Positions 28,801-38,200 of a DNA stretch of 64,000 bases are shown one piece after another. Numbering within the stretch: the first letter of the stretch is position 1; every line of letters begins with the position of its first letter. A program made the translations under genes and the position numbers. Origin of the DNA: an uncultured Clostridia bacterium (GTDB lineage Bacteria; Bacillota; Clostridia; Christensenellales; UBA3700). A model generated the notes under the pieces. The model ran no database searches. It was not told the origin of the DNA and worked only from the letters and a program-made list of their open reading frames with translations. The stretch spans positions 321-64,320 of the forward strand of contig CAMWQA010000002.1 of assembly GCA_947176265.1 (NCBI GenBank), in the 5' to 3' direction.

Positions 28801-29443
28801 CATATCCTGTCGTATTATTGATACCGCCGTTAAATACAAAGTTGCAATTCTTTATTGTTTGATTATCTCGAAGAAAACCAAGTAGTCCGCCTTGAACGTC
28901 AACGTAACTTGAATAATGTGTTTTACTATACTCCCCTGCAAAGAAGGTAGACATGAACATCGTCCACTTTTCGGTTGTGTCGTTGGGGAATAACGCCTTA
29001 TTGCCGCCTTCGCCTTTAGCTATATGCGTTTCTGCCTGTGTCCACGAACCATCCTTCCGCGCAGCCACGTCAGTTGCCGTCAACGTAATGGTATGTCCGT
29101 TGCCGTCGAGCGTTCGCATATTTTCCGATGCAAGAGTACCGGTAAATTTACCGCCCCAGGAGAAATTGAAATCACTCATCAAATATCCGTTTCCATTGCC
29201 GCTTGTCAAAAAGGTTTGCAATTGTTGTTCGTTATAAATTGCAGTACCGTCTCTACTCTCTGGCGAAGGCGCTTTGCCGTTTGCCATAACGCCGTTGAGA
29301 GTTTGTTGCGTCTCGTTAATCTGTGTAGTCGAATCCGCGCTTGCAATCTCCGCGCTCTGTCCCGCGAAGGAGATCGCCAATACGAGAAGTAATATCAAAG
29401 TAATTCCCAAAACTGTCAAAGTTTTCTTTTTTATCTGCGTCAT
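22889..29443 (-). CDS. Giant surface protein 2 (2184 aa): GLUG/beta-helix-like head, MBG/Ig-like repeats, TM + embedded lipoprotein-type signal + 148-aa C-terminal domain
   Basis: Signal peptide (LILLLVLAISFAGQSAEIASA). LDGNGHTITL and GGxxG...N motifs (FVGGVVGWCANSAKVYN). Modules with YDGNVHKP...AGTYRA...NYT. TM segment AIALSMSGVSVLAAGFMFFA, then KKKRED..., then IIVAVVAVMLVCLTVFAGC. GGAGGA RBS at 29449-29454. Confidence 0.9.
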   Translation of the reverse strand: MTQIKKKTLTVLGITLILLLVLAISFAGQSAEIASADSTTQINETQQTLNGVMANGKAPSPESRDGTAIYNEQQLQTFLTSGNGNGYLMSDFNFSWGGKFTGTLASENMRTLDGNGHTITLTATDVAARKDGSWTQAETHIAKGEGGNKALFPNDTTEKWTMFMSTFFAGEYSKTHYSSYVDVQGGLLGFLRDNQTIKNCNFVFNGGINNTTGYATPNSVCMGLIVGLSLGTIENCSLTVSKNVTFHSATTWNGNIGTQNLGAESRTNHTIAFGGFAGAMTHSNAVVANSKLTLNGNFQISIAGHNLSGGAAWHDPKSRCFVGGVVGWCANSAKVYNIVTEGSGNLDARCTGDEKSRTRALSGIVAAIIGGDNSDEEDSLAGKIGTCGIINGVINKWRGYAKFLTYGVEYTPNNDQNYASNTGYQGLVVGVTGRSGGSTDPSVSDIFMDDDFYTGSNKFSIAYDYTNTKGTEGSNYGRRYSTNIIIKDVLGQADDSDNYTKASDVNAYLAFSGTADSSPLWAVYDLKNSDCILWSKSIERSSNPNNPDLEYYYDKVRSISEAKQYNVTHTEISRGNNQNQSQNYTIKYTQGRAVYFTKDYPNNSTVDPETNKIVMPSARYGAGLTAPTLKLYSDKACTKHIMDLSNKKYWVAISSSNNMPVSLTNNMLSPDTYQSFLYLENEPGKDYSYIQFINESYRYVSYIYDDPDYQEFIKTHEGYEPVVNGEKQIDWQPRAVQQILPKSVSIEWRHASDIEKVGDQEISGGNIVSYGRYNTLYDGLPVVFDLSLPDGTLIGTDTCTLIYEYRALDSYTGEYKYIDSCVNAGSYKVVVTGLSNSSYALPGAGKVDYCIDFEIEARQIGFINKITAQQDGDTYFIKVPYEAKNIMLADEIEIYPNLAQANNSTSRIVLYNVLDKDSDILQFEYVAYGEGELNMRNVGFFEMRMSMRGGVQSTNYIMPEVTKYVVEIIPTDATLSTKTKFEYPYGFLVQDRVDPEVTATGVEDGNGYHELLTFGKPTYFKKINGVFEETEQEPFDAGEYQIKYDLLTSVYTNYNGASILVDVTIKKRQVSFNFDYENHYIEVDYGEVINGKINNAENKKLDVTFQRQTGENGIFAYEYSSSFATYKFILRDENGKDTDIKLNEARDAGSYTVEVGIDFTVGMTSSGWQIDENAKDNYEIVNDELFTVVIKKRQVDVEIKEVNRSYGDKLPELIGNANSPSVRAWKYAETEDGKEFAAEDNIVLKPVLSTEEVYASVGKYAITIPDDVDHRTGRVYAYNPKDENSKTYNTINNYIINIVNNTTDEVTNNELYNIKEREVKVKVFLNTNSVIYGDDLPECIELRVVNDKDLELFNKDGIELEANFGDVEVGSKVDTYFVGAEMKKTEDGAEKNYKLVVDEAEFAIVPKTLTIIGAELEEGDKEFDYDGNVHKPSVIAQFAEEVFGDDKIEFNYNYFEIVDGVMSTEATENPSYAGTYRAFISDASNENYTIVFGEEYTRLEIIMKINKRDVTINVLPAYRIYSVEDSLTPILRPASENGGIHPNYEEEDYHYFTQDEAMAYDIERYLAPFDYVFDNEDAEENEKHKFVQDGEYLQAKMYIDEYYRDLGVKQGVVKIVFNGLEQDPNFLDEDGNWITEEAEGYHGDTIQIIVPRYRNYNVTINPGDLHVIGADLENIEQFVNLRSSEEVYNGQDRYEDFRVITSNTTIFNALKFRVFRYVAISSLTKAEADALARDNDGKYTRETVDGKYVYTRNDAEGLYVRKYIRRIENGDTIDEPLVNAGQYFKHVTPVDSNIFQGEYIMDFYITKADREVSADDIKILVNYNQISLSSKISGMEVSFDGAGYVSRATFAGLKANTPYVVKVRFAEAANYKQSEELVFNLRTGIDISSIKSTLEKFDKINFSNIDEYESKVLAYIDSVSQADLAFIDQAKYAKLQASYEQLLRGANTVIAGAQKAGATAVGKSGKTSSSAKAIALSMSGVSVLAAGFMFFAKKKREDEQVVSSDKKASFNAKRASKIIVAVVAVMLVCLTVFAGCNPVDDGKFSKADLYRIASYQSDSQSAGNRDLTIEVKSGGKSLYKYENGKEEIDPRLDVSSMAFGADGIGFEFDDLYFVNEQFEINDGVATFNADIKETLVFLGVDKAVNGKVNVAVDVNAKKLNSIDVSYDVVNAGITYSVTIAVKVK

Positions 29444-29458
29444 AATTCTTCCTCCAAA

Positions 29459-32400
29459 TTAAACAATGCCTGCTTTCTTTCTTTTCTTTACCACTACTAT
29501 TGCAGTGACTATCGCGCCAACCATCAATACGCCTACGGCTCCTATTGCAATACCGCCGTATATTGATATCTCTGCGCTGTTGATTTCGCCGACGTCTAAG
29601 TTCCAATATCTATCCAAATAGTAATTGCTATCAGTCAGTACAAGCACAACCGTATATCTTCCGTCCGGCAGTTTGCCGTCTTCATCCAATTCAACGACGT
29701 TGCCCTTTCTGTCGCGATATTGCAAAGCGCACTCGACAGTCGTTCCGTTTTCATCCACGTAATGACCTTTGTATTCGCTGAGGCTTAAACCGCTTGGAAG
29801 CTTTTTAGGCAAGGTATTGCCAATCTCTTTATACGGCAAGAGCGCCTGTCTGATAGTAATGTTGGTCTTGACTACCAAATCTTCATAGTTGGCAGAACTC
29901 AACGTAACTTCGCCGCTATAGTATGACGGACCTACGCCCTCTTCAATACGCACGTTGGTAGCAAAAGCGTTGCCGTCGGTGTTGCCGCTCTTGATAAGTA
30001 CCGTTTCGCCCTTATATTGATACGAACCGTTGCTGTAAACGAGATCGGGACCGGTAAATGTTACGCCGTGTCTTTTACCGTCGTATACGACGTCTACGAT
30101 AGAAGCGCTTATGTTCTCCATTTTAGCCTTTTTGATAACGACCTTAGTCTGCAACTCTTTGGTAGCGTAGCCTGATTTATCAACGGACATATACACGGTG
30201 TATTCTCTTGCGTCTTTGAAGGTAAATTGCTTAAGAGCCTCGTTTACCTCGGTGCCGTCGCAATAAATTATGTTGACGTTGTATTGTAAAGTAACTTTCA
30301 AGCCGGTGTAGTTAAGCAATCCGCCTACCGTAGGCAAGTGATTATTACCGTCATACACAACCTCTACAGGGTTAAAGGTAATACCTGTAAGCTCTGCTTC
30401 ATTGATAACCATAACTACGTCGATAGAGCTTTCATTATAATCGTCGTTGCCGAGATACTTTATTTTATACTCGTATCTTCCCGTCTCGGAGTACCAGCCG
30501 CCGCCCTCGTTAGGTTTTGCAGCGACGTCTTTAAAGGTTCCGTCGGAGTCTTTGTATTGAACTTTTACGACGCCTTCCGCAGGAGAACTTGCCGACCAAA
30601 GCTGCTTATTGCTCGAAGACCTAACCTCTGCGACAGCTTTGACCAAATCAAAGGTAAATTTCTCTGACGTGAAGCTGTAATCCAACACAACTTTTTCCAC
30701 GTTGACTTTCGTCTGCGCGCTTGTAATTACGAGATAGCCCTCAGCGTAATCGTTCTTGGGGAAGAAGTTGGGGTTATCTTTTGTTACAAACTCTACCTTG
30801 ACGAAGTAATAACCTCTTTCCGTCGGATAACTCGTCATAGCGTCATCGCTTACTTTGCCGTACACTTTTCTATCCGCAGCGTTATACACAGCGCCGTCAA
30901 GATACTTGTAATACGTTACTTGTACGTCTTCCTCTTCATAAAGTTCTTTTGACTCTTCAGGGATAATCAAGTCGTATTCTACGTCTCCTTCCGTAAAGTC
31001 TTTTACTCTTAAGCCCGTCTCAATTTCCAACTGTCCTCTTGCTATATTAAACTTGAAGGACGATTGACCGTCGATTTCGTAATTGCCGTCGGGCAAAGAG
31101 AGATTGACAGTATACAATCCTACCGCGCCCAAAGCATTGACCGGCTTGTCATCAAGCGTGTATTCGACGTTAGCCTTTTGAGTTTCGCCGTTGACGTCAG
31201 TATACGTACCGGTAATAGCATGCGTTCTGCCTGCCTTAACGCCTGTAGGTATGTTGCCTATCTCGCCGCCGTCAAATCTCAAATCAACCGAAACTAATTT
31301 GCGTTCTATTTTGATATTCGTAGAATTGACGTTATACTCAATATTATTGTATCCGTTGGGGTTTATACCCTTTACCGCATACTCGCCGAAATTTGCCGTA
31401 GACGAAGCCTGCGTTTCGATTTGAACGGTCACGTATTGATCCGTCTGCTCGACGTATACTTCTATCTCGGTTGGCACTTCGTCTCCGTAATAATAAGTTA
31501 TAGAACCGTTGAAAGCTTCTTGCTCGCTAAGTTCGATAGTGACTTGCAACTTATTGATCTTTGCGTCTATTTCAACGCTCTCCCTGTATGTATCCTCTGC
31601 GACCTCAACGTCTTCGTAGAAATTGATTGCCATCAAATCGGTAAAGTACACGATATAGTTGTAACCGTCAGTGCCTTCCAAAACTACTTGGAAAGACAAC
31701 TTCGTATCTCCCACTTCCGTCGACGCATATTTCAACTGAACGGGAACTATACCTTTGTTGCCCACGTTTATTTTAGGTCTTGAGAACATTCCTGCCGGAG
31801 AATATATTACTCCCAACTTGTGGTCCTCTTCGTCAAAGAAGAAGGGGCTTGTATTAAGTTTTGACAAGTCGGTATAGAACTTGTATTCTTTCTTGCCGTC
31901 ATACTCGTCGGTACCGTCGTATTGCTTGTCAAAGAACTTGGATTTTTCCTCTTCGTCTTGCAAAATTTCCTCAACGGTCTTTGTGACGCCGTTGTCGTCG
32001 ACAAAAATATTGTTAAGATTGGTATCAATATAGATATTGGCAATTCTCAGCCAGATTACGTACGAACCAATTACGTAGTCTTTCTGTGGATCGCCCGCAA
32101 TTACTTCGTCGTACAAACCGACTTCGTTGACCATCTTAAGCTTAAAATCGTCGCCTTTACCGGTAATTACGTCGCCCATATTCCAATCAATGGTAAAGGT
32201 CTTGACTGCTCCGCTATCCGCCGTCGACAAAGTATCGGAAGGTAGCCAAATATCATTGCCTTGCTCGTCTCTTTGATAGCTGTACCAAAGTTTCCAACCC
32301 GACGCGCCGAAATCCGCTCTATAGAATACCGATACGTTTTGAGTACTGTAATTAAATCTACCGGTATTACTGTACGACGTACCCGCAAACTTGAGTTTAC

Positions 32401-35233
32401 CTTGAACTCTGTCAACGTTGAAATGCAAATCTACGGTAGTCGTATTACCGCTTGCGTCCACGTAATACAAACTCATAGGATTGCTGTCGCTTATCGTAAC
32501 CACAACCGCTCTGTCTCCGTCGTTACTTAGGACGGTCTCGTCAATATACGCGCCGGTAGCCGCTATCGCAATACCCGACTTTTTATTATCGCTTACGGAG
32601 AACTTCGCCAAAATTTGATTTTTGGTCCACTGCTTTTGATCGTTTGCAAACTCGTCGTATTGCAACGCTTCCACTTCGTCTTCGGACAAAAGTCTTTCCT
32701 CGCCGTCTTCAATCATATAATACTCGATTTCGCTTACTTCGGGGGCTTCGTTGTCTATGCGCACTGTCACGCTTTCGCTGACTGCTACGACAACATACTC
32801 TCCAGTAAGAGCGTCTTGCTTATATGCGTAGAAGGTATATGACGTACCGTTTTTACCAGTACCTGCAGGCAAAGTGGTTTTATTTACTGTATATCTTGCT
32901 CCGTAGCCCTCTGCCGTAGCGATATTATTGATGAAATTCTTTGCCGAATCTGCGGGGAATACGCCGTTGCGTTGGAACTCAAATCTATCAAAGTCCGTTC
33001 TGCTGTTCATTATGAGTTCGAACGTAACGTATTCTTGCCAGCCGTCCGTAGTCGTAGTGCCATTACCAAACTTGAGTTCGCCTTGCAAAATGGTAAAGAG
33101 ATAATCAGACGTCGGCTGCCAAGCAAGCATTCTCTGCTCTTCGCTGTAATAACCGTACGTGCGTTGGCCGAGTTTTGTTTCAACCTTCATTCTGTACGTA
33201 CCAGGCATATATGCCTGACTAAGCGCAATTTTTTTATCGCTACGCGTGATATTCCACAAACTTTCATTTTTGAATACGTCAGAACTAAACGCAGGATAAT
33301 TTGTCATCGTCACTGTAGGAAGTTGAAGCGGATCGGCAGCGCCATTGTACGGCTTAACTAGTTTACCGTTCTCTCCATTGGTATCGGTATATTCCAAAAT
33401 ACCCATTCTGCCGAATTCATAGTTGTATTTACCGCTTTTTTTAGAAGATATCATATATATCTCCGCATATATTGGGTCGTCAAGAATAAGAGATATGTGA
33501 TTGGACGAATCATTGGCGCTTTCAAACTTACCTGACCAGATAAAGCCGCCGCTGTCGCCCGTATGCATCTTATATTGATAATATGACGCTCCGTTCAAAT
33601 CATAAGCGTCCATCTCGCTCTCGCTGAAATCGTCGTGACCGTCGGCAACTATATGTACTCTTATATCGAAAGCCGGATTCTCCATATCAAATTTTGCCGT
33701 GATATATCCGCCGTCCGTCGTTGGATTGATTTCCACCCAATTCTTAAATTTCATAGCGGAATCCAATACGAATTTTCCGTCGCTTGCCTTAAAGTGTTCT
33801 ATTTGACAAAAACCTGCATTTGGATTTACATTGGTTTCCGCCAACGTCTCTAAGCTATAGAGTAATGCAACGCTCAAAATGTTATCGTCAGTACCGACCG
33901 CGCCGAAAAGCGAACCGAACGTTTCTTTCGAATTATTGTCCATATTAGTAAATCTACTGCCTGTCCAAGACGAGATGATACCTTGTATCTGTCCGTATTG
34001 CAATTGCGGATCTTCATTGTCGCCGTAACAGTCCAAAATAGACATATTGCCGCCAATCTTAACGCAGCCTCCTACAACTCCTCCGGCATAAATCTTGAAA
34101 TATGCCGCCTTAGGAGCTCTGTTGCCAAATGCCTTGACAGCTCCCGTACCCGTCAACGCGCAATAAGTGATTTTTCCCGTACCGGAGTCAAGATTGCCGA
34201 CGAGTCCGCCTGCAACGGCAAAACTGGTACGGTCATCGGTAGAAAGTCCGCCCTGTCCTTGCGCTCCTGCAAAAACTCCAGTGCCGCTTGCGAGATCCAC
34301 CCAACAGTTGTTTATAACGCTGTTGTTTTCTGCTCTGCCGGCAATAGCGCCTGCGTAACAGCCGTTTTCAAGATACCATCCGTGTTTAGTACCCTCTTTC
34401 TTTACTACGGTAAAAGCGCTGGTAACGTTGAGTTTTACGTTGTCAATTGAACCGCCGTATCCGTTGAGTCCCGTGATGATACCTGCGCAAAGCATTCCCT
34501 CTTGACTGGAGAGTATCTTATTTGTGGCATCCATACCCAAAGCGCCGATTACGTCTTTTCCCGTTTGACCTTTATCCGCCTCTATATTAGTGTGAGGAGA
34601 GTTATAATTTATAGTACAGTCCTTAATCGTGCCGTAGTTTTGAGCAACCAAAAAGCCTGTGTATTCATACCATACGTTTGTACCGTCATATTTTTCGCCT
34701 TGTCTTCCGTACGTTGCTCTTGTCTCATCGGTAACAGCGGTAATTTTATCGCTGTCATTTGTTCCGCCGGCATTTCCAGATCCGCCGTAGATATTTATCG
34801 TATAACCGTTGCCGTCCAAGACGCGTCCCGACTGAAAAATGGCGTTGGAACTGTTGACGTTTACCCTATCGTATCCTGATCTATCGGAGTTGTAAGAAAG
34901 ATAAACGTCTTTAGTCAAAAAGCCTACTTTCCTATTCACGATGCCATTGAGGAAGTTATACAGCTCGGCTCCGGTTGATATTTGATATATATTGGAATCA
35001 GCCAAATTATCATATTTTTGTCTCATATCCGCCAATTGTAAATGAGCCGCAGTGGTACCGTTTTCGCCTTGATATTCTGCCTTATACAAAGTGCCTGCGG
35101 CGGCTTGCGCCTTAGGTTGGGAGTTGGATAAATGCATTACCCCAACCAAAGCCAGCGCAAGCGCCACTATTATGGCAACTGATATTAGGCTAATTCTTTT
35201 CAAAGTCTTTTCTTTCATCTGATTTTCCCCCAT
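29459..35233 (-). CDS. Giant surface protein 3 (1924 aa): GLUG/beta-helix-like head, Ig/MBG-like repeats, C-terminal TM anchor
   Basis: Signal peptide ending PKAQAAAG. LDGNGYTINI and AGGLVGNLDSGTGKITYC / AGGVVGGCVKIGGN motifs. YDGNNHLP and YDGKRHGV modules. C-terminal segment GGIAIGAVGVLMVGAIVTAIVVV followed by KKRKKAGIV. The start ATG at 35233 overlaps the upstream stop (TAATG); an ATG at 35218 with GGGGGA upstream is an alternative. Confidence 0.9.
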   Translation of the reverse strand: MGENQMKEKTLKRISLISVAIIVALALALVGVMHLSNSQPKAQAAAGTLYKAEYQGENGTTAAHLQLADMRQKYDNLADSNIYQISTGAELYNFLNGIVNRKVGFLTKDVYLSYNSDRSGYDRVNVNSSNAIFQSGRVLDGNGYTINIYGGSGNAGGTNDSDKITAVTDETRATYGRQGEKYDGTNVWYEYTGFLVAQNYGTIKDCTINYNSPHTNIEADKGQTGKDVIGALGMDATNKILSSQEGMLCAGIITGLNGYGGSIDNVKLNVTSAFTVVKKEGTKHGWYLENGCYAGAIAGRAENNSVINNCWVDLASGTGVFAGAQGQGGLSTDDRTSFAVAGGLVGNLDSGTGKITYCALTGTGAVKAFGNRAPKAAYFKIYAGGVVGGCVKIGGNMSILDCYGDNEDPQLQYGQIQGIISSWTGSRFTNMDNNSKETFGSLFGAVGTDDNILSVALLYSLETLAETNVNPNAGFCQIEHFKASDGKFVLDSAMKFKNWVEINPTTDGGYITAKFDMENPAFDIRVHIVADGHDDFSESEMDAYDLNGASYYQYKMHTGDSGGFIWSGKFESANDSSNHISLILDDPIYAEIYMISSKKSGKYNYEFGRMGILEYTDTNGENGKLVKPYNGAADPLQLPTVTMTNYPAFSSDVFKNESLWNITRSDKKIALSQAYMPGTYRMKVETKLGQRTYGYYSEEQRMLAWQPTSDYLFTILQGELKFGNGTTTTDGWQEYVTFELIMNSRTDFDRFEFQRNGVFPADSAKNFINNIATAEGYGARYTVNKTTLPAGTGKNGTSYTFYAYKQDALTGEYVVVAVSESVTVRIDNEAPEVSEIEYYMIEDGEERLLSEDEVEALQYDEFANDQKQWTKNQILAKFSVSDNKKSGIAIAATGAYIDETVLSNDGDRAVVVTISDSNPMSLYYVDASGNTTTVDLHFNVDRVQGKLKFAGTSYSNTGRFNYSTQNVSVFYRADFGASGWKLWYSYQRDEQGNDIWLPSDTLSTADSGAVKTFTIDWNMGDVITGKGDDFKLKMVNEVGLYDEVIAGDPQKDYVIGSYVIWLRIANIYIDTNLNNIFVDDNGVTKTVEEILQDEEEKSKFFDKQYDGTDEYDGKKEYKFYTDLSKLNTSPFFFDEEDHKLGVIYSPAGMFSRPKINVGNKGIVPVQLKYASTEVGDTKLSFQVVLEGTDGYNYIVYFTDLMAINFYEDVEVAEDTYRESVEIDAKINKLQVTIELSEQEAFNGSITYYYGDEVPTEIEVYVEQTDQYVTVQIETQASSTANFGEYAVKGINPNGYNNIEYNVNSTNIKIERKLVSVDLRFDGGEIGNIPTGVKAGRTHAITGTYTDVNGETQKANVEYTLDDKPVNALGAVGLYTVNLSLPDGNYEIDGQSSFKFNIARGQLEIETGLRVKDFTEGDVEYDLIIPEESKELYEEEDVQVTYYKYLDGAVYNAADRKVYGKVSDDAMTSYPTERGYYFVKVEFVTKDNPNFFPKNDYAEGYLVITSAQTKVNVEKVVLDYSFTSEKFTFDLVKAVAEVRSSSNKQLWSASSPAEGVVKVQYKDSDGTFKDVAAKPNEGGGWYSETGRYEYKIKYLGNDDYNESSIDVVMVINEAELTGITFNPVEVVYDGNNHLPTVGGLLNYTGLKVTLQYNVNIIYCDGTEVNEALKQFTFKDAREYTVYMSVDKSGYATKELQTKVVIKKAKMENISASIVDVVYDGKRHGVTFTGPDLVYSNGSYQYKGETVLIKSGNTDGNAFATNVRIEEGVGPSYYSGEVTLSSANYEDLVVKTNITIRQALLPYKEIGNTLPKKLPSGLSLSEYKGHYVDENGTTVECALQYRDRKGNVVELDEDGKLPDGRYTVVLVLTDSNYYLDRYWNLDVGEINSAEISIYGGIAIGAVGVLMVGAIVTAIVVVKKRKKAGIV

Positions 35234-38200
35234 TAACCCATCTGATTGTCAAGTACGTGGATCTTCATCGTACAAGTCTGGGCAATATCTCCGCTACATA
35301 CGGTTACTTCGACTTCCATTGCGCAGTCTGCAACTTCTTCAGCTGTGGTAATTACGTGATTGAGGTTCTTTCTCAAGTCGGTAATTACCATACTGCCTTC
35401 GGCGTCTTTGCTCCATCTGAGCGTAGCGGCATTCGTAGTATCGTACTTTATCTTCGTAAGATCAAGCGTAACGTCGTATTTGCCAGAAGTACCGTCGTCA
35501 AAGATGACGGTTCTGCTAAGCGTCAGCTTTTGGGTCGCCTTTGCAGTTTCGCTCAAGTTAGTTCCGCCGACCATGATATACTCTACGTCGCCCGAAATAG
35601 TAACCGCTTTCTTGGCTTTCACTTCAACTATGACTTTGTATTCCTTATTGAAGTTGGAGTTGCTAGCCTGCACGGTAGTTCTTACGGTGTAATAATCGGC
35701 AATACTGTAGTTGATTTCCGACAAGTTCCATACGATTGGCACGTTGAAGTATTCATAAACTTCCGCCGATTTAATCGTAATAGACTCGCCGTTGGTTGCA
35801 ACGAAGTCTTTGATATATTCAATATCAGTCTCCGTCTGGGTCAAAGTCTTGCCGTCTTGCTCATACGTGATCACGTATTTCAAGAAAGTCTTATTGACTT
35901 TTGAGATATTTGCCGACGCAACTTTTCTACCCACGATTTGATATGTCGCAAGATCGATCGTACCTACGCTTTGATACAAATTGGTATTGTCTGCGTAGAC
36001 GTCGTAAAGTCTGTTGCCTCTCTCGTCCATAGTATATATGTACGGGTCAATAGCCATTTCCGTCAATTCAGACTTGAGATTATTTCTGTCGATAATCTCC
36101 ACGTTGATGTCAAACGAGTACTGGTCATTGAGCTTAAGCGTAGCCGTAAGGTTCTTTCTGCCCTTCATGGTTATCGCAAAGTTTCTCTTCCAGTGGCTGT
36201 CGTTGACTTTGAGTACGGATGTCTTTCCGCTCATATATTTTACAGTTACTTCGCTTGGGAACGGCTCCATTCCGTAATACAATACCTGAACAGGATCGAT
36301 ATAGAATGTTCCGCCCATAAGTTCGCTACCTGCGACCATGATGCCTGCAGGCACACGGTTCTCAACTTGAACGTTGACGAACTTCTCTTGCAAGAGAGTG
36401 CCGTTGATTTGGCTGTACTCTACTATTTCGCCCGTACGAGTGTACGTGTCAATGTCAAAGCCTATTACTACTTCAAACTGTCTGAATTGAGCAGGTCTAT
36501 CCGGATTGATAATAAAGTCTTCAAGTCCCTTCCAAGCAATCGGCATATAGTATACCGCGCCGTTGGTAAACTGAACGTAAGCGTGGTCAGGGAAGTTCTT
36601 AACTCCTTCGCCGTTGATGATATATTGGAACGGATCTATGAAGAGCGCCGACTGCGTCAACTTCTCGTCAAAGTAGACTGCTTCGACCTCGTTTCTCAAT
36701 ACCGCTACCTGCGTCTTATTGAACGTCCAAGTAAACGAACTGTTTGGATAAGCTTCCTTGTCCAACGTAATTTCGACTTGATTTACTTGGTCGTTGTTGT
36801 TGTTCCAATCGAATAAGACGTTGTTCATCTTTCCCCAAGCGACGTGAACGTCCTCGTTGTACTCTTCTTTGATGGTCTTTTGATTGGTTGCGCTCTCCGC
36901 CTTATTAGGATCATACTTCGGATTTGCGTACTCGTCGAGATAGTTTGCTTCAACAACGCTCGGGAACGGATTTTCATCGCTCTCGCCTATCATATACATA
37001 TAGTATTTATATGGATCGATATTGATAGTATTTACAGCGTCGTTTATCGTCAACGAATATACTTTCTTTGTCTTAACGACGAAGGTCAACTCAACCGTCT
37101 GCGGAGCTTTTCCGTCGAATGCGGCAATTTTAGACGTGATTGTAAACTGACCGCCGCTTACGTCCGTAGAATATCCGTTTACGAGTTTTCTGCCAAAGAG
37201 GTTTTGCTGAGCCTCTTGGGTATTCCAACCGCCAATTACGTCAAGTCCGACAGCCTTACCGTCAGGATACTTGAAGAAGAGCGTCTCCGGAGTATAATCC
37301 TCAATGCTTGAAGCATTGGCATTTTCGTCTCCGATATTGATATTGAAATCGTACAAGTTAATGTTGACTTCGGTACCCTCAGTGCCGTCGATTATTATTT
37401 TGTCTATGGTACTGTCGAGATAGTGTATCGTCAACGGCAACTTAGCGCCGTTCTTGAAAGCAACGGTAGCTTCGACGTCGTGCTCCTCATATTTCGTCGG
37501 TCTCCAACCTGATACCGACAGATATTGAGTATTGATCTTTTGAGTCTTGCCGTCGTTGGTAACGATAGTCAAGAAGTCAGGCAACGAATCGTCGTAAGCG
37601 TGCATCTCTATGTCTTCAATTGACTTGAGACCGCCGCCGTCGCTACGCGGGTCAATGGATATCTTCAACTCTTTATGTATTCCGCCCGAGAAGTCGGCAA
37701 TTGCTTTTACTTTAAATTCTTTACCTCTATTCAACATTGCTTTAAGGTTTGCGGCAACCATATTTTGCTCGTCTTCGCCGTTCATAATCTTAAAGACAAC
37801 GTTGGCTCTCATGATAGTAGTACCCTTTTGGTAAATAGCTACCTTCTTTTCGAAATTGGTTGCAATAAGTTCATTGACGCCTGCGTCGATTGACGAGTAG
37901 ATATACGGTATGAAGGTAATATCTACCGGTATATCCGCCCAAGTCACGAGACCGTTGTTTTCGCCGTCAGCCGTAGATTCTCCAACGCTCTTTGAAGAGT
38001 TGTAGATAAATATCTCCGTGAAGTATCCGGGGTTGTCTTTAGCAGCGGAGTTGCCGCCTCTGGAGTCTCTGCCCTTGTCGTACGCTATACCCTTATTCGG
38101 GTCGTTATCTATATAGATATGTTCGCCTTTATCCTGTCCTTTGAAGTGGATATTGGATATAGTCGCGTCAACCACGTTGATTTCAAGCGTAGCCGTATTC

